In this document: positions 38,574 through 51,885 of the stretch, piece after piece
How the letters are laid out: every line of letters begins with the position of its first letter
Numbering within the stretch: position 1 is the stretch's first letter
NCBI RefSeq assembly: GCF_044704955.1
Contig: NW_027253510.1
Location: forward strand, 310,001 to 374,000
Direction: 5' to 3'
Length of the DNA stretch: 64,000 bases
Source of the DNA: Pristiophorus japonicus
Taxonomy: Eukaryota
Made by a program: the position numbers and the translations under genes
The notes under the pieces: generated by a model
Told to the model about the DNA's origin: nothing
Databases searched by the model: none
What the model saw: only the letters and a program-made list of their open reading frames with translations

Positions 38574-39057
38574 CCACCCCGACCCAAATTCAGCCACAAG
38601 CGCGTCATCAAAGCACGCACCGCCGCTATCCCGCACCTCCATTGCAATCTGCCCCAAAGTTACTTTAAAAAAACCACGAGCCGCTGCATGGTGCCCCCGA
38701 CAGCTTTTTCTGTTGGTGCACCTTGTTCTGCCTGTGTGCAGCACGACAGCGTGGCGGCCCTTCAAGGGGAGGGCCCACTGCCGCGGCCACCATGTTTTTA
38801 TTTTTGCCGGCCGACTTCCCGATCGGCCGGCCAATTATTGCCCCGGGTTCAGCCGGGCCGGCAACAGGGTCAGTGGCCTGGCCCCTCCCTGGTGGCCCAG
38901 TGGACCGATGTTTCTGAATGCTGAATGCTCTCACCTTAAGTGAAGGGTAGAGCGGGGTTACACACACGCGTCGTGACGTCATCGCCACTTCCATTTCAAG
39001 TTATTACTTTATGTTGTTCCTCATCAGTTCTGATCATCAGTTATTTACTATTCACAG

Positions 39058-39406
39058 GTCTAAAGGCAAGTCCGGTTCTTATCCAGTCCCCAGAAGTTGT
39101 GACGGTGCCCGAGGGTGGGATGGTGAAGTTTTGGTGTACCCTGGAGAGCAGCAATGTGAATGTGGATAAATATACTGTACACTGGTACCTCTCACAGGAT
39201 AGGAAACACAAAATATTTACTCATTACGTACATGGCAGGGTTGACCGATCACACGGTTTCTCTGAGCGGTTTCAGCTCTCCAGAGATGATGCCAGTAACA
39301 GCTACATTCTGACCATCAGAGGTATGCAGCGCAGAGACAGCGCGGTCTATATCTGTGGTATTTTGGGGAACAATCTATGGAAATGGAACCCGGCTGTAAG
39401 TAACCA
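39058..39406 (+). pseudogene. Single-exon germline VJ-type Ig V domain (V1), frameshifted and with a stop in the J part
   Basis: TTCACAG| acceptor, phase 1. SPVLIQSPEVVTVPEGGMVKFWC...VHWY...RFQLSRDDASNSYILTIRGMQRRDSAVYIC. Removing one T from the run at 39361-39364 gives CGIWGTIYGNGTRL*VT, then the donor GTAAGT at 39407. Confidence 0.9.
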
Positions 39407-39684
39407 GTAAGTACCTTCTATGTTATATTGGTTTTATACCTAATAATGTTATGTACAAGCATCTTGTTTAAATGTTATACAAGCTGTTCCTTTTACAGTA
39501 ACACTAAGTTTTAACTACAGAATGGTGGGTGGAATCTGGGCCAAACTCAATTTGTTTTTAACAGAACAAATAATTGTGAGCACATGGTGGGACAAAATCT
39601 CACACACAGGATTCAACGGTAAAATACATGTTGAGGGAAAAGTGCAGTAATAGGAATAATTTAGAGAGCTCTAAACCATGAAAT

Positions 39685-40376
39685 CGACCCTGATATTAAC
39701 CCCCTGCCACCCTCTGCCCCTCCATGCTGTGCGGGAGAGCATCGGAGGGGTGGGTGTTCGTGTTAATTATGGGAAAATTGTCCCCAACATGCCCAAGTCC
39801 TCCAGATAGCGCACTCTCTCCTTTCCCTTCCGCCTCCCCCAATCATGCCCTCTCTCTCCCTCCCCTCCCGCACCTCCCCCCACACGATCGTGGTCTCTCT
39901 CTCTCTCTCTCCCCCCTCCCCCTTGCCCAATCATGGCCTCTTTCTCTCCCTGCCCGATCGTAGCCTCTCTCTCTCCCCCACCCGATCGTGGCCTCTCTCT
40001 CTCCCTGCCCGATCGTAGCCTCTCTCTCTCCCTGCCCGATCGTGGCCTCTCTCTCTCCCCTGCCCAATCGTGGCCTCTCTCTCTCTCCCCCTCGCCCGAT
40101 CATGGCCTCTCTCTCTCTCTCTCCCCACCCAATCGAGCCCTCTCTCTCTCCCCACCTGTTCATGGTCTCTATCTCTCTCCCGCCCAATCATGGCCTTTCT
40201 CTCTCTCCCCCCCACCCGATCGTGGTCTCTCTCTCTCTTCCACCCAATCATGGCCTCTCTCTCTCCCTGCCCGATCGTGGCCTTTCTCTCTCACCTGCCC
40301 AATCGTGGCCTCTCTCTTTCGCCCCGCCTGTTCACTGTCTCTCTCTCTCTCTCTCTCCCCCTGCCCATTATACTGT
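39685..40376. repeat. Harbinger-type terminus followed by a CT-rich minisatellite (about 20-25-bp CCGATCGTGGCCTCTCTCTCTCCC units, 39840-40360)
   Basis: GACCCTGATATTAAC at 39686 resembles the terminus at 30856-30870. Repeat units directly visible. Confidence 0.8.
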
Positions 40377-41751
40377 TGTTTAAAAAATGAGAAAGGGATA
40401 GACCGAGAATTGCAGGCCTATCAGCCTAACGTCGGTGGTGGGAGAATTATGGGAAAACATTCTGAGGGACAGGATAAATCTTCATTTCGAAATACACAGA
40501 TTAATCAAGGACAGTCAACATGGATTTTTTTAAGGGAAGATAGTGTCTGACTAACTTGACTGAATTTATGAGGAGGTAACAAGGAGGTTTGATGAGGGTA
40601 GTGCGTACGATGTAGTATATATGGGTTTTACCAAGGCTTTTGATAAGGTGCCACATGGTAGACTGGTCATGAAGGGTAAGCCCATGAGATACAGGGCAAA
40701 GTGACAAGTTGGATCCAAAATTGGCTTGGAGGAAGGAAGCAAAGGGTAATGGTCGATGGGTGCTTTTGTGTCTGCAAGGCTATTTCCAGTGGGGTTCCAC
40801 AGGGCTCAGTACAAGTTCCCTTGCTTTTTGTGGTATATATCAATGATTTAGACTTGAATATAGGGGGTATGATTAAGAAGTTTGTAGATGATACTACCAT
40901 TTTTTGTATGGTTGATAATGAAGAAGAAAGCTGTAGACTGTAGGAAAGATATCAATGTACTGGTCACGTGGGCAGAACAGTGGCAAATGGAATTCAATCC
41001 GGAGAAGTGTGAGGTAATGCATTTGGGAAGGGCTAACAAGGCAAGGGAATATACAATAAATGGTAGGACAATGAGAAGTGTAGAGGAACAGAGGGACCTT
41101 GGAGTGCAGGACAGAGTATAAATTAAGAAATAATGGGGCTTTTAAGAGAGGTACTGCAATAATCGTGGGCAATTTTAATCTTCATATAGATTCAACAAAT
41201 CAAATTGGCAAAGGTAGCTGTGACAACTAGTTCATAGGGTGTATTCGTGACAGTTTCTTAGAACCATACATTGTAGAACCAACCAGGGTACAAGCTATTT
41301 TAGATCTGGTAAGGTGCAATGAGACAGGATTAATTGATTGCCTCATAGTAAAGGATCCTCTCGGGAAGAGTGAGTATAACATGATAAAATTTCACGTTCA
41401 GTTTGAGGGTGAGAAACCTGGATCTGAAACTATATCTTAAGCCTAAATAAAGGCAATTACAAAGGTATGAAGTCAGAATTGGTTAATGTGGAGTGAGAAA
41501 TTAGATAAGCAGTGGCACACATTTAAGGAGATATTTCATAATTCTCAACAAAGATATATTCCATTGAGAAAGACTCAAATTGAAAGAAAAGGCAGATATG
41601 TTGCAAAGATTAGTGGTAGGCTAGAAGATTGGCAAAATGTTAGAAACCACCAAAGGATAACTAAAAAATGAATAAAGAAGGAGAAAATAGATTATGAGAG
41701 TAAACTAGCAAATAATATAAAAACAGACGGTAAGAGCTTCTACAAGTATAT

Positions 41752-42620
41752 CTCTCTTAGGCGGTCCCTCGTATCGAGGATGACCCACTTCCACACTAAA
41801 AAAGGATGAGTTCACAGGTGTTTCAATGAAAGACCTGATATTCCTGGTCCCGAACTACATGTTAAACGTAGAAACATAGAAACATAGAAATTAGGTGCAG
41901 GAGCAGGCCATTCGGCCCTTCGAGCCTGCACCGACATTCAACAAGATCATGGCTGATCATTCAACCTCAGTACCCCTTTCCTGCTTTCTCTCCATACCCC
42001 TTATTGACCTATGAGGAGAGACTGGATCAACTGGGCTTGTATCCATCGGAGTTTAGAAGAATGAGAGGGGATCTCATAGAAACATATAAAATTCTGACGG
42101 GATTGGACAGGTTAGAGGCAGAAAGAATGTTCCCATTGCTGGGGAGTTCCAGAACCAGTCACTCTCTAAGAATAAGGGGAAAGCCATTTCGGCCGTAAGG
42201 GCCATATCTAACTCCCTTTTGAATATATCTAATGAACTGGCCTCAACAGCTTTCTGCGGTCGAGGATTCCACAGGTTAACAATTCTCTGAGTGAAGAAGT
42301 TGCTGCCCCAGGGCCCTCGCCTCTGCTGGGCCCCGAACTCACGCCTCTCCTGGGCCTCGATCACATCGCTCCACGATAACTCACCGCTCCTGTGTCCCAA
42401 ACTCGCCGCTGCTGCTGTACCTGCCCACGTTCCAATCACCGACCTGGACCTTGGTGATGTCCAATCCAGTTGCCCGCTGCACTGCTGTTGCCCTCTTGCA
42501 CCAGCTCGCACTGCTCCCTGAAGTGGCATGTCACCACGCTGCTCCCAGGGTCGCTCGCTGCTCGCCTTTTATGGCCCCGACCTGCTGCTGGTATTTCCTC
42601 CATGGTCGGGGTCGCCACGC
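41752..42620 (-). mobile_element. RTE-derived non-autonomous element, interrupted by a rearranged CR1 3' fragment (about 41867-42300)
   Basis: RTE-type 3' end GGCGGTCCCTCGTATCGAGGATGAC. Imperfect TSD CAAGTATAT/CACGTATAT. Homologous to 51229-51817. Confidence 0.75.
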
Positions 42621-43134
42621 CACGTATATAAAAAGGAAGGGAGTAGCTAAAGTAAATATTGGTCCCTGAGAGAGTGAGACTGGGGAAATAATAATGGGAA
42701 ACAAGGAAATGGCAGAGACTTTGAACAAATATTTGTATCTGTCTTTACGGTAGAAGACATGAAAAGCATCCTACTAATAGAAAATCAAGGGCAAAGGGTC
42801 GGGAGGAAATAAAAACAATTATCATCACTTCAGAAAAAGTAATCGGCAAACTAATGGGACTAAAGACTGACAAGTCCCCTGGACCTGATGGCCTGCATCC
42901 TTGGGTCTTAAAAGAAGTGGCTGCAGAGATAGTGGATGCATTGGTTGTAATGTTTCAAAATTCCCTAGATTCTGGAAAGGTCCCAAGGATTGGAAAACTG
43001 CAAATGGAACACCCCTCTTTAAGAAAGGAGGGAGACAGATAGCAGGAAATTATAGGTCAGTGAGCCTAACATCTGTCATTGAGAAAATGCTGGAATCTAT
43101 TATTAAGGAAGTAGTAGCAGGACATTTAGAAAAT

Positions 43135-46100
43135 TGTAATGACTCAAGTCTGTTTACTGTAAACTCACTCAGGTGCAACCTGATCCTTCTTTATTCCAGC
43201 CCAAGAGTGCCAGCGTGACAAAGATACCCAGCTTATATACAGGTGACCAAGCACACATGCCACATGTGTACAGCCCAATGACCTCTGACCGCGGCACCCT
43301 CTGGTGTCTGGTGACCCTCAAGTATTAATACATAACAACATTCCCCTTTTAAAACCTTAACGAGTTTTTTTTTTTACAAATTAAGATGGTCTGGGGCTTT
43401 CCTCTCACGAGTTGATCGTCTCAGTTCAACTTTGGCTCTGGGCGAGCATTCTGAGTCCGTTGAGACTGAGGGCTGAGTAGCTGAGCTGATGGGAGTGGTC
43501 ATGACCACATCAGAGACTGAAGGTCCAGAGTCAGTAATGTCAGCAGAGTCCTCTGATGGGTCAACAATGGCTGGTTGGTCACTGACTGCATCTTCCTCAC
43601 TCGCTTCCAGTTCATCCGTGTGCCGCAGTTTAACCTGGTCAAGGTGTTTCCTGCATGTTTGCCCATTCTTGAGCATGACAATAAACACTCTGTTACCCTC
43701 CTTGGCTGTAACAGTGCCGGCGATCCACTTTGGACCTTGACCATAGTTCAGTACATAAACCGGATCGTTGACCAAGATGTCACGTGACATGGCAACACGA
43801 TCATGACACCATTGCTGACTTTGACGTCTGTTTTCAACATGATCATTCAAATCAGGATGAAGAGAAAGCCTGGTCTTGAGATTTCTCTTCATCAGTAGTT
43901 CAGCAGGAGGAACCCCAGTAAGTGTATGTAGTCTTGACCTGTAACTGAGCAATATACATGGCAACCATCTCTGCAGTGAGCCCTGAGTTACATGTTTCAT
44001 ACTTTGCTTGATCGTTTGAATGGCACGCTCTGCTTGACCATTAGAAGCAGGCTTGAAGGAGCTGATCTCACATGTCTGATGTCATTGAGTTTCATGAACT
44101 CCTGGAACTCAAGACTTGAGAAGCAAGATCCATTGTCGCTCACAACAATGTCAGGCAAACCATGAGTAGCAAACATGATACGAAGGCTCTCAATGTTAGC
44201 TGTAGACGTGCTGGATGACGAAATAACCACTTAGAATATGCATCTACTACGACAAAAAACATCTTTCCTAGGAACGGACTTCAGTAAACTCTCCACAGTC
44301 CTCTGAAATATGGCTGCAACTGAACAAATCCCAAAAGGACACCTGTTGTAGACGAACAGTCCTTTATGGGTGTTGATGCAGGTGAGTTTCTTCGAAGTGG
44401 TGACAAGTTCCTGGGTCATATAGGCCGACGTCAGATCCAGTTTCGTGAACGACTTTCCACCAGCTAGCATGGCGAACAGGTCATCGGCCCTCGGTAATGG
44501 ATACTGATCCTGTTTTGAAAATCGGTTAATCGTCACCTTGTTGTCTCCACAAATCCTGACAATGCCATCACTCTTCAACACAGGAACAATGGGACTGGCC
44601 AACTCGTTAAACTTGACCGGTGATATGATCCCTTCATGCTGGAGTCTGTCAAGCTCGATTTCAACCTTCTCCCTCATCATGTACGGAACAGACCGAGCTT
44701 TGTGATAGGCAGGCCTTGCATTCGAGTCCAGGTGAATCTGTAAAATTACCAATGCCCGGTTCAAACAAAGAAGGAAACTTTTTCAATACTTGAGCACACT
44801 AAGTATCATCTACCCAGGACAACATCTTGACATCATTCCAATTCAGCTTGATTTTCTCGAGTGAATTCCTGCCGAACAGCGTTGGATAATGACCTGGGAT
44901 GATCCATAATGGTAGCTCGTGAACCACACCATCATATGACACCTCGATTGCTGCATTGCCGAGCACAGGTATGAGTTCCTTAGTGCAAGTACACAACCTG
45001 GCATTGACTGGACTCAGCTTTGGTTTCGCAGCCTTAGTGTCCCACAGCTTGTCGAATGTCCTTTGGCTCATTATCGACTGGCTCACACCCGTGTCCAGCT
45101 CCATTGATACACGCACGCCATGCAGCTTCACATTAACCACTATTCGGCTGGCTCTTGCTCAGGAACGAATACAGTCCATTCACTTCCTCCTCGGGTTGTG
45201 TATCCGGGCCATCACTGAACTGATCCTCATTCACCACGTGGTGAGCCGCACCATGCTTGCTCCGTTGTGGACACATCCTGTGAAGGTGCCCCACTTTTAA
45301 ACATCCATTGCATAAACCGACACTGATGAGGCCGATAATTGCCCCCACATCACCAACAGGGTGAAATCTGGATCGAACCAGTTGGCGGACTGTGAGCAGC
45401 GGCAGGTTTCGGGGAAGCAACTCTGCCCGAAGACAACGCCATCTTGTGTACAGTACTTGCCATGGAACTCCAACTCGTCGATGATATCTGCCTCAAATTC
45501 TCATCTGTTGTCATGCATACCTGGGCAGTCGCGATGGCCTTTTTCAAATCCAGCGTATCTGCAGCCAACAGCTTCCTGAGCATCGCATCATGGCTGATGT
45601 CTATCACTGAGACATCACGCCGCATGTCTTAGAAACATAGAAAGTAGGTGCAGGAGTAGGCCATTCGGCCCTTCGAGCCTGCACCCCCATTCAATATGAT
45701 CATGGCTGATCATGCAACTTCAGTACCCCATTCCTGCTTTCTCTCCATACTCCTTGATTCCTTTAGTCGTAAGGGCCACATTTAACTCCCATTTGAATAT
45801 ATCTGACGAACTGGCCTCAACTACTACGGTAGAGAATTACACAGGTTCACAATTCTCTGAGTGAAGAAGTTTCCTTCATGTCTGTCCTAAATGGCTTACT
45901 CATTATCCTTAGACTGTGACCCTGGTTCTGGACTTCCCCAACATCGGGAACATTCTTCCAGCATCTAACCTGTCCAATCCCATCAGAGTTTTATTTGCTT
46001 CTATGAGATCTCCTCTCATTCTTCTAAATTCCAGTGAATATAAGCCTAGTCGATCCAGTCTTTCTTCATATGTCAGTCCTGCCATCCCCGGAATCAGTCT

Positions 46101-48739
46101 AGTGAACCTTCGCCGCATTCCCTCAGTGGCAAGGATGTCCTTCCTCAGATTAGGAGACCAAAACTGCACACAATACTCAAGGTGTGGTCTGCAGTAAGAC
46201 CTCCCTGCTCCTATACTCAAATCCCCTTGCTATGAAGGCCAGCATGCCATTTGATTTCTTTACTGCCTGCTGTACCTGCATGCCTACCTTCAATGACTGA
46301 TGTACCACGACACCCAGGTCTCGATGCACCTCCCCTTTTACTAATCTTTCACCATTCAGATAATAATCTGCCTTCCTGTTTTTGCCACCAGAATGGATAA
46401 CTTCACACATATCCACATTATACTGCATCTGCCATGCATTTTCCCATTCACCCAACCTGTCCAAGTCCCCCTGCAGCCTCTTAGCATCCTCCTCGCAGCT
46501 CGCACTGCCACCCAGCTTACTGTCATCTGCAAACTTGGAGATATTACATTCAATTCCTTCGTCTAGATCATTAACGTATATTGAAAATAGCTGGGGATAT
46601 AGCACTGAACCCTGCAACACCCACTAGTCACTACCTACCATTCTGAAAAGGACCCATTTATTCCCACTCTTTGCTTCCTGTCTGCAAACCAGTTTTCTAT
46701 CCACGTCAATACATTACCCCCGATTCCATGTGCCTTAATTTTGCACACTAATTTCGTGTCAAAACATTTTGAAAATCCAAATACATCACATCCACTGGTT
46801 CTCCCTTATCCACTCTACTAGTTACATCCTCAAAAAACTCTCAAAGATTTGTCAAGCATGATTTCCCTTTCATAAATCCATGCGGACTTGGACCGATCCT
46901 GTCACTGCTTTCCAAATGCGCTGCTATTTCATCTTTAATAATTGATTCCAGCATATTCCCCACCACCGATGTCAGGCTAACCGGTCGATAATTCCCTGTT
47001 TTCTCTCTCCCTCCTTTTTTAAAAAGTGGTGTTGCATTAGCTATCCTCTAATCCATAGGAACTGAACCAGAGTCCATGGAATGTTGGATAATGACCACCA
47101 ATGCATCTACTATTTCTAGGGCCACTTCCTTAAGTACTCTGGAGTGCAAACTATCAGGCCCTGGGCATTTATCGGCCTTCAGTCCCTTCAATTTCCCGAA
47201 CACCATTTCCTGACTATTAAGGATTTCCCTCAGTTCCCCCTTTTCGCTCGACCCTCGGTGTACTAGTATTTTCATGAGGTTATTTGTGTCTTTTTTAGTG
47301 AAGACAGAACCAATGTATTTGTTCAATTAGTCTGCCATTTCCTTGTTCTCCATTATGAATTCCCCTGATTCTGACTGCATTAGTCTTCATTAATATTTTT
47401 CTCTTCACATATCTGTAGAAGTTTTTGCAGGTTTTATGTTCCCAGCAAGCTTACTCTCATACTCTAGTTTCCCCCTTCTAATTAAACCCTTTGTCCTTCT
47501 TTGCTAAATTCTAAATTTCTCCCAGTCCTCAGGTTTGCTGCTTTTTCTGGACAATTTATATAGCTCTTCCTTGGACTTAACACTTTCCCTAATTTCCCTT
47601 GTTAGCCACGGTGGAGCCATCTTCCCTTTTTTTATTCTTACGCCACACAGGGATGTACAATTGTTGTAGTTCATCCATGTGATCTTTAAATGTATGCCAT
47701 TGCCTATCCACCATCAACCCTTTAAGTATCAGTCGCCAGTCTATCCCAGCCAATTCATGTCTCATACCGTCGAAGTTTCCTTTCTTTAAGTTCAGGACCC
47801 TAGTCTCTGAATTAACTGTGTCACTCTCCATCTTAATGAAGAATTCTATCATATTATGGTCACTCTTCCCCAAGGGCACGACCAGATTGCTAATTAATCC
47901 TCTCTCGTTACACAGTCTAGGATGGCCTGCTCTCTCGTTGGTTCCTCGACATATTGGTCTAGAAAACCATCCCTTATACACTCCAGGAAATCCTCCTCCA
48001 CAGTATTGCTACCAGTTTAGTTAGCCCAATCAATATGCAGATTAAAGTCACCCATGATAACTGCTGTACCCTTATTGCACGTGTCTCTAATTTTCTATTT
48101 GATGCCATCCCCAACCTTGTTACTACTGTTTGTTCCCGAACTTACACGGCTCAGCAAGACGTCGCAGGTCAGCGACAAATCCCAACACGTCCTGGCTCTC
48201 AGCATGAACATGTGTGTAGAAACGGTAGTGTGATATGATGATCCCCTCGTTTGGTTTCAGATGGTTACCCACCAATGTACACAATTCCGCGTACCTTTTC
48301 CACCGGATGTACAGACGAGAGAAGATTCTTCATGAAGCCGTAAATTTTCAGACCACAAACGGTGAGGAGAACTGCCCTGCACTTAACTGCGTAGGCCTCT
48401 GCCTCCATGCCATTGGCCACAAAATATTGATCCAGGCGGTCGACAAAATCCACCCAATCCTCGCCCTCCACGAATCTCTCCAGGATTCCAACAGTGCTCA
48501 TTGTGCATGCGAAGGTTCTTAAATTACCTCGTCGCCAATTGTAATGACGCAAGAGTCTGGTTACTGGAAACTCACTCAGGTGCAACTTGATCCATCTTTA
48601 TTCCAGCCCAAGAGTGCCACCGTGACAAAGACACCCAGCTTATATACAGGTGACCAAGCACACATGCCACATGCATACAGCCTGATGACCTCCGACGACA
48701 GTGCCCTCTGGTGTCTAGTGACCCCCAAGAATTAATACA
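43135..48739 (-). mobile_element. Gypsy/Ty3 LTR retrotransposon, decayed; LTRs about 43135-43340 and 48540-48739
   Basis: About 200-bp LTR pair, PBS TGGCGACGAGG (tRNA-Ser GCT-like, 48527-48537), gag EDWVDFVDRLDQYFVAN, two knuckles, protease ELDTG, RT (VRICGD..., KLDLTSAY), integrase VVSDNG. Possible TSD AAAAT. Confidence 0.93.
45628..48128 (-). mobile_element. CR1 LINE inserted in the Gypsy gag
   Basis: ORFs 47589-47981, 47048-47326, 46177-46620 and 45909-46220; tail AGAAACATAG at about 45630. Confidence 0.94.
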
Positions 48740-50867
48740 AAAATAATAATACAATCAAGTAGATTCAACATGGTTTTATGAAAGGGAAATCATTTTTGAC
48801 AAATTTATTATTGTTCTTTGAGGATGTAACAAGCAGGGTGGGTAAAGGAGAACCAGTGGATGTTGTGTACTTGGATTTCGTGAAGGCATTCGATAAGATG
48901 CCACATAAAAGGTTATTACACAAGATAAGAGCTCATGGTGTTGGGGGGTAATATATAAGCATGTAGAGGATTAACTAACTAACAGAAAACAGAGAGTCGA
49001 GATAAATGGGCCATTTTCAAGTTGGCAAACTGTAACTAGTGGGGTGCCACAGCGATCAGTGCTGGAGCCTCAACTATTTACAATCTATTTTAATCTATAT
49101 TAATGACTTGGGTGAAGGGACAGAGTATTACAGCCAAATTTGCCGACAATACAATGATAGGTGGGAAATCAAGTTGTGAGGAGGACTCAGAGTCTGCAAA
49201 GGGATATAGATAGGTTAACTGAGTGGGAAAACATTTGGCAGATGGAGTATAATGTGGGAAAATGTGAGGTTATCCAATTTGATAGGAAGAACAGAAAAGC
49301 AAAATATTATTTGAATGGAGAGAGACTACAGAATTCTGTGTTGCAGGGGGTACATGTAACACAAAAAGTTAACATTCAAGTAGCAAGTAATTAGGAGGGC
49401 AAATGGAATGTTGGCCTTTATGGCAAGGGGGATGGAGTATAAATGTAGGGAAGTCTTGCAGCAACTGTACAGGGCATTGGTGAGACCAAACTTGGAGTAC
49501 TGCGTGCTATTTTGGTCTCCTTATTTAAGGAGGGATATAGTTGCATTGGAGGCAGTTCAGAGAAGGTTCACTAGGTTGATTACTGGGATGAAGGCATGTT
49601 ATGAGGAAAGGTTGAGCAGGTTGGGCCTGTACTCTTTGGACTTTAGAAGAATGAGAGGTGATCTTATTGAAACATATAAGATTCTGAGGGGGCTTGACAG
49701 GGCAGATGCTGAGAGGATGTTTCTCCTCATGGGGGAATCTAGAACTAGGGCACATAGTTTCAGAATAAGGGATCGTCCATTTAAGACGGAGGTGATGAGT
49801 AATTTCTTCACTGAGGGTCATGAATCTTTGGAATTCTCTACCCCAGAGAGATGTGGAGGCTGTCAGTGAAGATATTCAAGGCTGAGATAGACAGATTCTT
49901 GAACTATAGGGGAGTCAAGGGTTATGGGGAACAGGAAGGAAAGTGGAGTGGAGGCCAAGATCAGATCAGCCACGATCTTATTGAATGGCGGAGCAGGCTC
50001 GAGGTGCCATATGGCCTAGAACGGCTCAAATGTCTTATGTTCTTGTATCCACAGCTCCCTGAAGGTAGCAGGACAGGTATATAAGGTGGATAAGAAGGCA
50101 TATGGGATACTTGCCTTTATTAGCCAAGACATAGAATATAAGAGCCGGGAGGTTATGCTTAAATGGTATAAAACACTAGCTAAGCCACAGATAGAGTACT
50201 GTTTGCAGTTCTGGTCACCACATTACAGGAAAAGATGTAATTGCACTAGAGAGGGTATAGAGGAGATTTACGAGGATTTTGCCTGGACTGGAGAATTTTA
50301 GCCTTAATGAATGATTGGATAGGCTGGGGTTGTTTTCTTTGGAACATAGGAGGCTGAGGAGAGACCTAATTGAGGTGTATAAAATTATGTGGGGCCTAGA
50401 TAGAGTGGATAGGAATGACCTATTTCCATCGGCAGAGGGGTCATCAACCAGGGGGCATAGATTTAAAGTAATTGGTAAGAGGTTTAGAGGGGATTTGAGG
50501 AGAATTTTTTTCACCCAGAGGGTGGTGGGGGTCTATAAGAACATAAGAAATAGGAACAGGTGTAGGCCATACGGCCCCTCGAGCCTGCTCCGCCATTCAA
50601 TAAGATCATGGCTGATCTGATTATGGACTCAGCTCCACTTCCCCACCCGCTCCCCATAACCCCTTATCCCCTCACTGCCTGACAGGGTGGTAGAGACAGA
50701 AACCTTCACCACATTTAAAAAGTACTTGGATATGCACTTGAAATGCCGTAACATACAAGGCTATGGACCAAGAGCTGGAAAGTGGGATTAGGCTGGATAG
50801 CTTTGTCGTCCGGCATGGACACGATGGGCCGAATAGGTCGCTTGTGTGCTGTAAACTTTCCAAGTCC

Positions 50868-51885
50868 TGTAAACCCATCTCCCCTGTGATCGCTGACCTA
50901 CATTGGCTCCCGGTTAAGCAACGCCTCGATTTTAAAAATGCTCATCCTGGTTTTCAAATCCCTCCATGGCCTCGATCTTTACACTCTCTGTAATCTCCTC
51001 CAGCCCCATGACCCCCCGCCAAAGAGATGTCTGCGCTCCACTAATTCTGGCCTGTTCAGCACCCCCGACTATAATTACTCAACCACTGGCGGCCGTGCCT
51101 CCAGCTCCCTATGCTCTGGAATTCCTTGCTAATCCTCTCGACTCTCTTTTCTCCGATAAGACGCCCCTTAAAACCTACTTCTTTGACCATTTGTGTCATG
51201 TGTCTTGGTATCAAATTTTTTGTCTTATCTTCTCTTCGGCGGTCCCTTGTATCGAGTATGACTTGCTTCCACCAAAAAGGGATGAGTTCACATGTGTTTC
51301 AATGAAGGACTGGCTATTCCAAGTCCCGAACTGCAGATTGAAGGATGGATGATGCCAGAGTGTGGATTTTTTTAACGTGTGGTGACCGTTGCACACCAAC
51401 CACCACATGGGCTTGACAGAGCTAGGTCTTGGTCCAGTGGCAAGGATTAACCTTGACGACTGGAAACCAGCTCTGCTGCACGGATCTACTGCACACACAT
51501 ATTGCAGTGTGGGCTGGCCCGTGTGCCCCTGGGCCCTCGCCTCTTCTGGTCCCCGAACTCATACCTCTCCTGGGCCCCGATCACGTTGGTCTGCAATCCC
51601 TCGCCACTACTTCGCACCTCATCGCTCCTGCTGTACCTGCCCACGCTCCAATCACCGACCTGCATTATGAGGATGTCCATTCCAGTCGCCCTCTTCACAG
51701 TCGTTGCCCTCCCTGACTGGCTCGCGCTGTACCTTGCAGTGGTATGCCGCCATGCTGCTCCTCCTTTTAAAGCCCCGACCTTCCGCTGATGGTTCCTCGC
51801 AGCTTGAAGGAACCATCTTTTGTCTAATAACACTCCTGTGAAGCACCTTGGGACCTTTTACTGCATTAAAGGCGCTATATCAATA
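50868..51885 (+). mobile_element. L2-clade LINE 3' fragment (split by the 51229-51817 insertion)
   Basis: PISPVIADLHWLPVKQRLDFK.LILVFKSLHGL; 3' tail GTGAAGCACCTTGGGAC...AAAGGCGCTATAT. Confidence 0.85.
51229..51817 (-). mobile_element. RTE-derived bipartite non-autonomous element (5' UTR + start of endonuclease + 3' tail)
   Basis: TSD TTTTGTCTTAT/TTTTGTCTAAT. Contains QFGTWN and shares blocks with the RTE at 59878-60870. Confidence 0.8.

Larger units (their letters stand above)
31476..38990. mobile_element. GC-rich non-autonomous Harbinger-like element (31476-31572 + 38574-38990) hosting ERV-B
   Basis: GAGCTGAAATTCAGG terminus-like start. CpG-rich sequence continues on both sides of the provirus TSD. 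Confidence 0.45.
41109..50043 (+). mobile_element. Second CR1 (41109-43134 + 48740-50043) inside the outer CR1
   Basis: APE to RT motifs. AGHLEN| at 43134 resumes as |NTIK.IQHGFMKGKS after the Gypsy element. Tail TCTTATGTTCTT. Confidence 0.88.
40377..50865 (+). mobile_element. Outer CR1 (40377-41108 + 50044-50865), split by nested insertions
   Basis: ...EEQRDLGVQ| resumes as |VHSSLKVAGQV-like at 50044. A short minus-strand CR1 tail is inserted at about 50536-50671. Confidence 0.85.

Noticed and set aside
38940-39057. Apparent hydrophobic leader in ORF 38940-39410
   Set aside because: It is the intronic pyrimidine tract and TE end upstream of the acceptor at 39057, and the ORF start is GTG rather than ATG.
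39724-40550. Overlapping ER-rich and SL-rich ORFs
   Set aside because: Translations of the CT-rich minisatellite.
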